From Candidatus Atribacteria bacterium (GTDB taxonomy: Bacteria > Atribacterota > JALVIU01), in NCBI GenBank assembly GCA_027028665.1, contig JALVIU010000206.1:1-32701 (forward strand): a DNA stretch of 32,701 nucleotides, in the 5' to 3' direction. Positions 9,759 through 17,995 of this stretch are shown here, in pieces. A model generated the notes under the pieces. The model had not been told where the DNA came from, did not search any database, and saw only the letters and a list, made by a program, of their open reading frames with translations. Position 1 is the first letter of the stretch; the number at the start of each line of letters is the position of its first letter. Position numbers and translations under genes: made by a program.

Positions 9759-10793
9759 TTACCTTGGTAAAGAGTATATCTCTTTTGTCCATTTATCTAC
9801 GATTTCTTTTCTGTGCTCTCCCGCCCACTTGAAATCGTATTTTATAAGTTTTACATCATCAAAGGATACACCATACTTCCTTATAACTTCAGGAAGAGGT
9901 GCTTTTTTGTTACTTGGAAGCTGATAAGATTCTGCCTTTGGTGCAAGTGCCTGGATATCTGGACGAAGTACAAAATCTACAAACTGCTTTGCAACCTGTG
10001 GATGTGGGCACCAGTTTATAATACTTAATCCACCGATCTCATAACCTGTTCCATCTGCAGGAGGAATAGGAACTATAGGATAACCCTGTTCTGCAAACTT
10101 AACTACATCGTGGAGGAAGATAATAGAGATTGCAATCTCTCCCTTTCCAGCCATAGGACCAGATGCAGCACCAGACTTTGTATAGACTGCAATGTTTTTA
10201 TGGAGTCTTGCAAGGTAGTCCCAACCTTTTTCCCATCCCATAAGCTGTAATATGGTAGAAAGTGTAGTAAATGCGGTACCTGAGGTATTTGGATTTGCCA
10301 TACCTATAAGGCCTTTGTAACATGGTTTTGTAAGATCTTCCCATACCTTTGGAATAGGAAGTCCTTTAGATTTTAAGAGCTCTACATTTACACCCCAGCC
10401 AAGAGGACCTGCATATAAACCCTTTACCATATAAGCAATAGCAGGGTTCTTTGCCCAATCTCTGAGCTCAGGGATCATTGGAGATGTTGGATATGGCTGT
10501 AATAATCCCTCAAGTGCTGCTTCATAGTGAGGGTCAAGGGTACCACCAAACCATACATCACCTTGAGGATTGTTCATCTCTGCTTTGATCTTTGCCAGGG
10601 TCTCACCGGAGGATCTTCTTGTCCAGTCAACAGGGATACCTGTTGCTTTGGTGAATTCATGTGCAACAAGTGCAACCCACTTCTCTGCAGGGCTACCATA
10701 AAGTACTAATCTCTTTTCCCCTGCAAATGCAGAAAATGAAAAGGCAAAAATCAAAAGTAATGAAACGAGTAAGAATACCTTAAAGGTACGCAT
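9759..10793 (-). CDS. Periplasmic substrate-binding protein, FbpA/AfuA family (copy 1, promoter-distal)
   Basis: 344 aa from ATG 10793, which has an AAAAGGAGGT SD; the track ORF extends to 10823. SPI signal MRTFKVFLLVSLLLIFAFSFSAFA. GETLAKIKAE, NPQGDVWFGGTLDPH, NPNTSGTAFT, YTKSG and GTGYEIGG resemble AfuA as I remember it. Confidence 0.8.
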   Translation of the reverse strand: MRTFKVFLLVSLLLIFAFSFSAFAGEKRLVLYGSPAEKWVALVAHEFTKATGIPVDWTRRSSGETLAKIKAEMNNPQGDVWFGGTLDPHYEAALEGLLQPYPTSPMIPELRDWAKNPAIAYMVKGLYAGPLGWGVNVELLKSKGLPIPKVWEDLTKPCYKGLIGMANPNTSGTAFTTLSTILQLMGWEKGWDYLARLHKNIAVYTKSGAASGPMAGKGEIAISIIFLHDVVKFAEQGYPIVPIPPADGTGYEIGGLSIINWCPHPQVAKQFVDFVLRPDIQALAPKAESYQLPSNKKAPLPEVIRKYGVSFDDVKLIKYDFKWAGEHRKEIVDKWTKEIYSLPR

Positions 10794-10828
10794 AATAAAA
10801 ACCTCCTTTTGTAATTTATTCATCTTTA

Positions 10829-10857
10829 ATTATACTTCTTGTGAAAATCTTTGTCAA
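10829..10857 (-). promoter_or_regulatory. Consensus promoter internal to the SBP tandem, driving copy 1 and the rest of the transporter operon
   Basis: On the minus strand: TTGACA (rc of 10852-10857), 17-nt spacer, TATAAT (rc of 10829-10834). Confidence 0.6.
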
Positions 10858-10891
10858 GGAGGTAACATGCCCTATTCTATTTTTTCTGTTG

Positions 10892-11926
10892 TTACCTTGG
10901 TAAAGAGTATATCTCTTTTGTCCACTTATCAAGTATCTCTTTTCTGTGCTCTCCCGCCCATTTGAAGTCGTATTTTATAAGTTTTACATCATCAAGAGAT
11001 ACCCCATATTTTGTCATAACAGGGGGAAGAGGTGCTTTTTTATTGCTTGGAACTTGATTTGCCTCTGCCTTTGGTGCAAGTGCCTGGATATCTGGACGAA
11101 GTACAAAATCTACAAACTGTTTTGCAACATGTGGATGCGGACACCAGTTTATAATACTTAATCCACCGATCTCATAACCTGTTCCATCTGCAGGAGGTGT
11201 AGGCTTTAGAGGATAACCTTTTTCTGCAAATTTTACTGCATCATCTAAGAAGATAATTGCAATAGCAATCTCTCCCTTTCCAGCCATAGGACCAGATGCT
11301 GAACCAGATTTTGTATAGACTGCGATGTTTTTATGCAGTTTTTTTAGATAATTCCAACCCTCATCCCAACCTTTTAATTGTAGAATAGTGGCGAGTGCAG
11401 TAAATGCGGTACCTGAAGTATTTGGATTTGCCATACCTATAAGGCCTTTGTAACATGGTTTTGTAAGATCATCCCATACCTTTGGAATAGGAAGTCCTTT
11501 GGACTTTAAAAGTTCTACATTTATGGCCCAACCAAGAGGTCCAGCATATAAACCCTTTACCATATAAGCAAAGGCTGGATTTTTTGCCCATTCCTTAAGT
11601 TGCGGAATCATTGGGGATGTTGGATATGGCCATAATAATCCCTCAAGTGCTGCTTCATAGTGAGGGTCAAGGGTACCACCAAACCATACATCACCTTGAG
11701 GATTGCTCATCTCTGCTTTAATCTTTGCCAGGGTCTCACCTGTAGATCTTCTTGTCCAGCTTACTGGAATGCCAGTTTGCTTCTGAAATTCCTGAGCAAT
11801 AAATGAGACCCAGGTTTCCTCAGAACTGCCGTAAAGTACAAGCCTTTTTTCCCCGGCAAGTGCAGAAATAGTAAACATGAAGATAAATGCTAAAAGAAAA
11901 ACTAAAAAGATTTTAAAAATACGCAT
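10892..11926 (-). CDS. Periplasmic substrate-binding protein, FbpA/AfuA family (copy 2, promoter-proximal)
   Basis: 344 aa. SPI signal MRIFKIFLVFLLAFIFMFTISALA. Aligns without gaps to copy 1. GGAGGGGG SD upstream. Confidence 0.8.
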   Translation of the reverse strand: MRIFKIFLVFLLAFIFMFTISALAGEKRLVLYGSSEETWVSFIAQEFQKQTGIPVSWTRRSTGETLAKIKAEMSNPQGDVWFGGTLDPHYEAALEGLLWPYPTSPMIPQLKEWAKNPAFAYMVKGLYAGPLGWAINVELLKSKGLPIPKVWDDLTKPCYKGLIGMANPNTSGTAFTALATILQLKGWDEGWNYLKKLHKNIAVYTKSGSASGPMAGKGEIAIAIIFLDDAVKFAEKGYPLKPTPPADGTGYEIGGLSIINWCPHPHVAKQFVDFVLRPDIQALAPKAEANQVPSNKKAPLPPVMTKYGVSLDDVKLIKYDFKWAGEHRKEILDKWTKEIYSLPR

Positions 11927-11960
11927 TTTGTAACCCCCTCCTTTAAAATTTATTTAATAA

Positions 11961-11989
11961 ATAATACATCTTATAAAAGTTTTTGTCAA
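11961..11989 (-). promoter_or_regulatory. Promoter of SBP copy 2
   Basis: On the minus strand: TTGACA (rc of 11984-11989), 17-nt spacer, TATTAT (rc of 11961-11966). Confidence 0.55.
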
Positions 11990-12029
11990 CAATAATTAAA
12001 AAATTTTTTTAAATTTACTTTTAACTGCT

Positions 12030-12983
12030 CTATATCCCAGATATTTTTATAGCGAGCATTACAAAGAAAGGGAAAGTAATAAGACTTAACATGTACATGA
12101 TAAATGCAGATTGACTTGCAATTACGTCGTTTCCTCCATAGAAACGGATATACACGCTTACACTTATAGCAACAGGGGATGCCCCTTCCATTATAAGCAT
12201 AAATTTTAGATATCCTGGCATGGGGATAAGTATAGCAATAATGAGGAAAATAGTAGGTATAATAATAAGCTTTAAAAAACTTGCCCAGAGTGCATGGGAA
12301 TAATCTATTGGTCTTTTATTTTCAAATGAATAATAGAGAATACCACCCAATGTAAATAGTATAATAGGTATAGTTATGTTGCCCACTCGTTCAAATGCAT
12401 TCATAAGGACTTTGGGCATGTAATTATTAAAATGCAGGAAAACAAAGAGAAGGGCAATAGTAAGCGCTATAATAGGCATGCTGAGGAAGGTTTTTATCCC
12501 TATACCATCCTTTTTCTCTGGTGCAAAAAAGAATTTTGTGGTAGAGATGATAATGGGCCCATAGAACATACAGAACAAAAAAATGTATACGAAAAATAGG
12601 GAAGCCTTTTCAGGAGAAAATAGAGAAGAAACTACTACAAGCGGAAGATATGCTCCATTTTGAAAGGCAGAAAGCATGATAAATTCTCTTTTATAGGTTA
12701 TCTTTTTATTAATTTTTAAGAAAATATAGGCAATGATTACTCCGCCAAACATTACCAGTATGTTTGCAAGAGGTAATAGATACCAGTAGGGGGTAGAACT
12801 TGCCTGGGAAAACTTTTTAGTAATATTTACAAATATTAATAAAGGATATGTAAGATTTACGGTAAGTGCTCCCAGGTGTTTGGTATCCTCTCTGGATAGC
12901 CATCCAAAGTGAAAGGCCAAGACTCCTAATATTGCAACAATAGATATTTCAATTATCGCTTTGAATACTACCCAGATTGTCAT
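12030..12983 (-). CDS. AEC-family (auxin efflux carrier / malate-permease-like) membrane transporter
   Basis: 317 aa with about 10 hydrophobic segments split by a short central loop. The N-terminus MTIWVVFKAIIEISIVAILGVLAFHFGWLS is typical of the Mem_trans family. GGGAGGGA SD upstream. Confidence 0.7.
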   Translation of the reverse strand: MTIWVVFKAIIEISIVAILGVLAFHFGWLSREDTKHLGALTVNLTYPLLIFVNITKKFSQASSTPYWYLLPLANILVMFGGVIIAYIFLKINKKITYKREFIMLSAFQNGAYLPLVVVSSLFSPEKASLFFVYIFLFCMFYGPIIISTTKFFFAPEKKDGIGIKTFLSMPIIALTIALLFVFLHFNNYMPKVLMNAFERVGNITIPIILFTLGGILYYSFENKRPIDYSHALWASFLKLIIIPTIFLIIAILIPMPGYLKFMLIMEGASPVAISVSVYIRFYGGNDVIASQSAFIMYMLSLITFPFFVMLAIKISGI

Positions 12984-13152
12984 ATTTCCCTCCCTTACTT
13001 TTTATTATATCATGAAGTTTGATTTTAATAAATGGTAAAAATATAAAAGGTTATATTTAATAGTGAATAATATAAGCTTTTATAAAAAGGGAAACTTTAT
13101 GGTGTATTTAGGTTTCCTTGTGTTATAATAGATAAAAAATGGGAGGAGGAAT

Positions 13153-14277
13153 ATGGAAAAAAGGAGTTTAGGGACCAGTGGTATTGAGGTATCCATTTTG
13201 GGTCTTGGTGGCTTTCATCTCCTGGAAATAAAGACAGCACAGGTGGCACAACTTGTTGATTATTTTATAGATCAAGGTGGTAACTATTTTGAAACAGCAG
13301 CAGAATATGGAAATGGAGAGTCAGAGAAAAAACTTGGATATACACTAAAAGGAAAGAGAGATAAGATTGTGCTTGCATCTAAAGTACATAAAAGGGATAA
13401 AGAAGGGGCAAGGCACTATCTTGAGAGGACTTTAAAGAATTTAGATACAGATTATCTGGATATATGGTTTTTACATCATGTAGTAACACCAGATGACCTC
13501 TCTTCACTTCTGGATAGGCCTTCTGCGCTGGATGTGGCTCTATCTGCAAAAAAGGAGGGTAAGATAAGGCTTATAGGTGTATCTACCCATGGAAGGCCAG
13601 ATTTTGCCATGGAACTTATAGAGAAAACAGGCGAGATAGATGTGGTTATGACACATTTTAATTATTTCGATAAGTTTAATTTTCCCAAGATAGAGGATGA
13701 GCTTATTCCTCTTGCAAGGGAGAAGGGAATGGGTATAGTGGGTATGAAGGCATTTGCAGATGGCTTTTTGCATAGGCATCCAGAAGATGCCTTAAGATAT
13801 GCCCTATCTTTGGATGTTGACACTATGGTAGTTGGTGCAAATAATATAGAGCTTCTAAAAAAAGATATAGGGATCCTGAATAACTTTACTCCTATGTCTA
13901 AGGATGAGATGGAAGAACTTTTTCTAAACGCAGAAGAGCTGGGAAACTATGTATGTAGACAGTGTGATAAGTGTCTTCCATGTCCAGAGGGTATAGAAAT
14001 ACCAGAGATATTTAAATACGAGGGCTGGTATGATAGACAGATGAGAGATTATAATATACACCCTATCGAAGAGCATATAATGAGGGAACACCTTGCATTC
14101 TGGTTTAATGGTGATTACAAGGATGCACCGATAGAGGCATACAAAGAGCTTAAGGTAAATTACCTTGCATGTACACATTGTAATATATGTAGTAGTCGCT
14201 GTCCTTACAATATAGACATACCTGAAAAGCTAAAGATCGTACATAAAAAACTTGCAGAAGGAGAGCTTCTTATATAA
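13153..14277 (+). CDS. Aldo/keto reductase fused to a C-terminal 2x[4Fe-4S] ferredoxin-like domain (COG1453-type)
   Basis: N-terminal AKR barrel (LGTSGIEVSILGLGG, FETAAEYGNGESE, LASKV, DIWFLHH). The C-terminus carries CRQCDKCLPCP and CTHCNICSSRCP cysteine clusters. GGGAGGAGG SD upstream. Confidence 0.8.
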   Translation: MEKRSLGTSGIEVSILGLGGFHLLEIKTAQVAQLVDYFIDQGGNYFETAAEYGNGESEKKLGYTLKGKRDKIVLASKVHKRDKEGARHYLERTLKNLDTDYLDIWFLHHVVTPDDLSSLLDRPSALDVALSAKKEGKIRLIGVSTHGRPDFAMELIEKTGEIDVVMTHFNYFDKFNFPKIEDELIPLAREKGMGIVGMKAFADGFLHRHPEDALRYALSLDVDTMVVGANNIELLKKDIGILNNFTPMSKDEMEELFLNAEELGNYVCRQCDKCLPCPEGIEIPEIFKYEGWYDRQMRDYNIHPIEEHIMREHLAFWFNGDYKDAPIEAYKELKVNYLACTHCNICSSRCPYNIDIPEKLKIVHKKLAEGELLI

Positions 14278-14279
14278 AA

Positions 14280-14308
14280 AAGGATTGAGGGGGTAGCCCT
14301 CAATCCTT
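14280..14308. terminator. Bidirectional hairpin shared by the convergent AKR and cytochrome-b5-like genes
   Basis: 12-bp perfect stem: AAGGATTGAGGG (14280-14291), loop GGTAG, CCCTCAATCCTT (14297-14308). It overlaps the stop codon of the minus-strand gene. Confidence 0.6.
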
Positions 14309-14533
14309 AAGTACCCCTACCATGGGGAACCTCTTAATGAATTCTGATCCATGAGGTGCATCTTTTAGTGCATCTGTAAGGTCTTCTCCTGCCCTATGTA
14401 AGGCCTGGTGTTTTCCACCCATCCAGAGAAAGCTCTTTGTAACATCATATACTTTTCCTTCAAAGGCTATATAGGAAGGTTTACCATTTTCACCATTGAA
14501 GTAAGAAAGCTCTTCCTTTGTAAATATCTTCAT
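14300..14533 (-). CDS. Cytochrome b5-like heme/steroid-binding domain protein
   Basis: 77 aa. FTKEELSYFNGENGKPSYIAFEGKVYDVT, followed by GGKHQALHRAGEDLTDALKDAPHG, follows the cyt-b5/MAPR domain pattern (two candidate axial His). It starts 4 nt after the upstream stop. Confidence 0.65.
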   Translation of the reverse strand: MKIFTKEELSYFNGENGKPSYIAFEGKVYDVTKSFLWMGGKHQALHRAGEDLTDALKDAPHGSEFIKRFPMVGVLKD

Positions 14534-14537
14534 GTTT

Positions 14538-15089
14538 TTACCTTAAAAATTTTGATACAAAGGGTGATGTCTCTCCACGTCTTAAGAAATGTCCAGATGG
14601 CCCCTCTCCTAAGAACTCAGAAAACCAGGATTCATGTTCAATCTCCTCATGGAGTATGGAAAGTGCAAGATCGTATGTTCTGTGATCTTTCCCTGCTGTC
14701 ATATTACAGATCTGGGTATATCCTCTTACTGCACATCTTTCTGCCTCTACCAATATCTTCAGGATTCCCTCTACATCATTAGGTGAATCTGGAAGATTTG
14801 CTGGGGGACATGCAGACATATCATGAAATTCTTTCATGCTGTTTGGGAGGCTCCCTCCAAGCTCATAGATCCTGGGAACTAATGCCTCAAAATGATTTCT
14901 GTCTTCAATTCTTGCAGTTTCTGCAATCTCTTTTAAGCCCTCTCCTTGAAGTCCTATGAGATTTACCCTTAGTATCGTGTAGTAGTAAAATGTTGTAAGC
15001 TCTGCTGCTGCGTTTTTAACCAAAAGTTCTACCAGCTTATCTACATTTACCCCGGATCTTTCCACCATTTCCCGTGTTACTTTAGCCAT
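14538..15089 (-). CDS. Ferritin-like di-iron protein, Dps-like (DPSL) type
   Basis: 183 aa four-helix-bundle-type sequence with two E-x-x-H type motifs (IEDRNHFE, HEEIEHESW). Length and N-terminus resemble archaeal/anaerobe DPSL proteins. AAGGAGG SD upstream. Confidence 0.7.
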   Translation of the reverse strand: MAKVTREMVERSGVNVDKLVELLVKNAAAELTTFYYYTILRVNLIGLQGEGLKEIAETARIEDRNHFEALVPRIYELGGSLPNSMKEFHDMSACPPANLPDSPNDVEGILKILVEAERCAVRGYTQICNMTAGKDHRTYDLALSILHEEIEHESWFSEFLGEGPSGHFLRRGETSPFVSKFLR

Positions 15090-15111
15090 AATATTGACCT
15101 CCTTATAGTGT

Positions 15112-15139
15112 ATAATTATTCTTAACTAAGAATAATTAT
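15112..15139. promoter_or_regulatory. 28-bp perfect palindrome (candidate Fur/PerR-family operator) between the promoter and SD of the DPSL gene
   Basis: ATAATTATTCTTA-AC-TAAGAATAATTAT. Each arm contains the mini-palindrome ATAATTAT, centred 20 bp apart. Confidence 0.5.
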
Positions 15140-15151
15140 TAGTTGATATAT

Positions 15152-15179
15152 ATTATACTATAAATTTTCTATTTGTCAA
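15152..15179 (-). promoter_or_regulatory. Promoter of the DPSL/cyt-b5-like bicistron
   Basis: On the minus strand: TTGACA (rc of 15174-15179), 16-nt spacer, TATAAT (rc of 15152-15157). Confidence 0.55.
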
Positions 15180-15217
15180 GGGGTTTGTTGTAAATTTTTT
15201 AAAAAATTAGGTGGCAA

Positions 15218-16693
15218 TTAGACATAGAGCCCTTTTGCCACCTCAAATGCCTTATCCCAGGATACCTTATGCTGTGAAGGTGTAAACTCTTCCATAGGAA
15301 ATGATGTACTCACTATAGCCCTTCCCTCTTTTAGATCTTTTATTAAACCTAAGGATATAGCTTGAACGAGGATATTTCCTATAGTAGTTGCCTCTTGGGG
15401 TCCTGTTATAACTCTTTTTCCTATGGCATCTGCTGTAAATTGTGAGAGTAGCCTATTCTTTATACCACCACCTACGATATGAAGAACTTCTATTTCCCTT
15501 TCTGTTATTTCTTCTAAGAGTTCAAATATGTATCGATACTTTAGGGCAAGGCCTTCAAGTACTATCCTTACAATACTTCCAAGGTCAGATGGTACCTTTT
15601 GTCCTGTCTTTTTGAGGTATTCTTTCACTGCATCTATCATGTCAGGAGGGTTAAAAAATATGGGGTTATCAGGATCTATGATACCAATAAATGGTTCTGC
15701 CTTTTTCGCAAGTTTTACCAATTCATCGTATGACTTTTCATCTCCCCTTTTCCCTGCAGAGCGCTTTATCCCCTGCATAAGCCATAGGCCCATTATATTT
15801 TTTAGAAGCCTTATATTTCCGAGTACACCACCTTCATTTGTAAAGTTATATTTATATGTTTTATTATTTATAATAGGTTTATCTATCTCTACTCCCATTA
15901 ATGACCATGTACCTGAACTGAGATATGCCCAATTTTCACCCTCTGCAGGCACAGAGGCTACTGCAGATGCGGTATCATGTCCTCCTGGTAATATAACAAT
16001 TCCAGAATTTATGCCGAGTTCTTTCTTAATATATGGAAGAGGTTCTCCCTGTTTTTCGCCTGCGGCCTTTATAGGTGGAAAGAGGTGTTTTGGTATCTCT
16101 AATGCATCTATGAGTTCCCAATGCCAATCGTTGTGTGTATAATCATATAACTGAGTAGTAGAAGCTATGGTAAACTCTACCTCCTTTTTCCCTGTGAGAA
16201 AGTAGGAAAATAGATTTGGCATCAAGATTAGTTTATCTGCAATCTCAAGCCCAGGGTCTTTATTTGTAACCATTGAAAAGAGCTGAAATATAGTATTAAG
16301 TTGCATAAATTGAATGCCTGTTTTAAAAAACACCTCTTTTCTGGGGATTATCTCAAATACTTTATCCATTATGTTATTTGTGCGAGAATCCCTATAGTGA
16401 TAAGGGTTTCCTATAATATTTCCCTGTCTATCCAGTAGACCAAAATCTACCCCCCATGTATCTATACCCAGTGAGGCCATTTTATCCCCATATGTAAGCT
16501 TAAACTTTAAAAGACCTTCCTTCATACTCTGAAACAGTCTTAGCACATCCCAAAATAGATGCCCGTTTACATATACAGGGATATTGGGAAATCTATGTAT
16601 CTCTTCTATTATTAGTCTATTTTCCTTTAATTTTCCTGCTACCAACCTTCCACTTTCTGCACCAAAATCAAAGGCAAGTATGTATTTATCCAT
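15218..16693 (-). CDS. rhaB: FGGY-family sugar kinase, rhamnulokinase (RhaB) subfamily
   Basis: 491 aa. FDFGAESGR, IHRFPN, IDTWGVDFGLLD, YHYRDSRT, GIQFMQLNTIFQL, YLSSGTWSLMG, NFTNEGG, LKNIMGLWL, LHIVGGG and GPQEATTIGN align with E. coli RhaB as I remember it. Confidence 0.75.
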   Translation of the reverse strand: MDKYILAFDFGAESGRLVAGKLKENRLIIEEIHRFPNIPVYVNGHLFWDVLRLFQSMKEGLLKFKLTYGDKMASLGIDTWGVDFGLLDRQGNIIGNPYHYRDSRTNNIMDKVFEIIPRKEVFFKTGIQFMQLNTIFQLFSMVTNKDPGLEIADKLILMPNLFSYFLTGKKEVEFTIASTTQLYDYTHNDWHWELIDALEIPKHLFPPIKAAGEKQGEPLPYIKKELGINSGIVILPGGHDTASAVASVPAEGENWAYLSSGTWSLMGVEIDKPIINNKTYKYNFTNEGGVLGNIRLLKNIMGLWLMQGIKRSAGKRGDEKSYDELVKLAKKAEPFIGIIDPDNPIFFNPPDMIDAVKEYLKKTGQKVPSDLGSIVRIVLEGLALKYRYIFELLEEITEREIEVLHIVGGGIKNRLLSQFTADAIGKRVITGPQEATTIGNILVQAISLGLIKDLKEGRAIVSTSFPMEEFTPSQHKVSWDKAFEVAKGLYV

Positions 16694-17995
16694 CTATTTT
16701 CCCTCCTTTGCTACAGGTATTACATATGGTCCTTCAGGGATAATGGCTATTTTTACATCATCTCCAAAGCTCTCTTTCGCAATAGTTATCCCCTCTTCTA
16801 TACTTTTTATCCTTTTTGTAAATGTAAGAGATTGATCATTATCTGAAAGAGAGGAATACATATATATCTTATCTGTCACCTTTAATACCTTTACAAGTTC
16901 TTCTACCTCCCATTGGTCAGGTACGAATTTTTCCATATCATATAGACGTTTGAGAAATTTATCATAATCTCCCATCTCTTTTAATTCTAAAAGTACATCT
17001 ACAAAATATTTGCTCCCAAGACCCTCACTGCATTCAGAAGCAATAATTACCATTCCCCCGGGTTCGAGGATATCCAGTGTACCCACAAGCCCTTTTACCG
17101 TCTGGTAATATGTTTTATCAAGGGGATATCCTGCTGATGTGGTGATCACCGCCTTTACCCTTTCATCTACCTCTATTGTAGAGTATTTCTTTGCAAATTC
17201 TACTCCCTTTAGATAGGCCTTTTTAAGGTCTCCTGTAAATATCCCCCCTATATTTCTCTCCTCATCTACCACTACATTTACAATAAAATCTACACCAGCA
17301 AGTTCTGCAATCTTTGTTGCACCTTCGTGGAATGGATTATCTTCTAATACAAGATTTCTTGCATTTTCTGATTCAAGTACATATGGGCTATGATAATATT
17401 TTACTGTCTCAAAAGAAGAGATGCCAGGAAGTACAGATTTTCTCCCCCCAGAAAATCCTGCCATAAAGTGTGGCTCTATGAGGCCTGTAAGGATTTTAAG
17501 TTCTGCATTTAAAAAGTATTTGTTTATGTATACATCTACATCCCCTGTTTTTCCCACATACCCCATATCATCCATATTCATTGCATTATGATTTATTATT
17601 CTGTAGCTGTTTGCAATCTCTTCTCCCACAAGTTCGATAAGTTCATCCCCTATATTTGGGCGGTGAATCCCTGTAGCAATTAAAATAGTGATTCCCTCTT
17701 TTTTTATACCTGCCTTTTCAAGGGTAGATAGTATAGGGGGTAATATAATTTTATTGGGTACAGGCCGTGTGATATCAGATATAACGATGGTTGCATTCCT
17801 TTTCCCTTTTGCAAGCTCTATGAGAGGAGGGCTTTCAATAGGGGAGGAGAGTGCCTGTTCTAAGGCCTTTGTAGGTTCTTCTACAATAGGCATCTCCCTT
17901 TTCCTTATTATCTTATATACATTCCTGGACGGGATAGAAAAATTAATACCTTCTTTTCCATATAGGAGTTTTATATCCATTATCCCCTCCTTCAT
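16694..17995 (-). CDS. larA: LarA-family nickel-pincer-nucleotide-dependent 2-hydroxyacid racemase/epimerase homologue (DUF2088)
   Basis: 433 aa. Equivalents of the L. plantarum LarA key residues are present: R77 (DITRP), H111 (ATGIHRP), H176 (EPH), K186 (SGGRK, codon 17438-17440), H202, and Y296-Q297-x3-K301 (YYQTVKG). The alternative ATG at 17980 has a stronger SD. Confidence 0.85.
   Translation of the reverse strand: MKEGIMDIKLLYGKEGINFSIPSRNVYKIIRKREMPIVEEPTKALEQALSSPIESPPLIELAKGKRNATIVISDITRPVPNKIILPPILSTLEKAGIKKEGITILIATGIHRPNIGDELIELVGEEIANSYRIINHNAMNMDDMGYVGKTGDVDVYINKYFLNAELKILTGLIEPHFMAGFSGGRKSVLPGISSFETVKYYHSPYVLESENARNLVLEDNPFHEGATKIAELAGVDFIVNVVVDEERNIGGIFTGDLKKAYLKGVEFAKKYSTIEVDERVKAVITTSAGYPLDKTYYQTVKGLVGTLDILEPGGMVIIASECSEGLGSKYFVDVLLELKEMGDYDKFLKRLYDMEKFVPDQWEVEELVKVLKVTDKIYMYSSLSDNDQSLTFTKRIKSIEEGITIAKESFGDDVKIAIIPEGPYVIPVAKEGK

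Noticed and set aside
10858-10891. Plus-strand SD-like AAGGAGG plus ATG (10868-10870) between the two binding-protein genes
   Set aside because: Reading the sequence, the frame runs antisense into the 3-prime end of the upstream paralogue, where I reach a stop after roughly 30 codons. There is no promoter on that strand, and the AAGGAGG abuts the -35 region of the minus-strand promoter.
9759-10924. Identical 33-nt sequences at 9759-9791 and 10892-10924 as terminal repeats of a mobile element
   Set aside because: They are the conserved 3-prime ends, including the stop, of the two paralogous binding-protein genes. No transposase, target-site duplication or inverted repeats are present.
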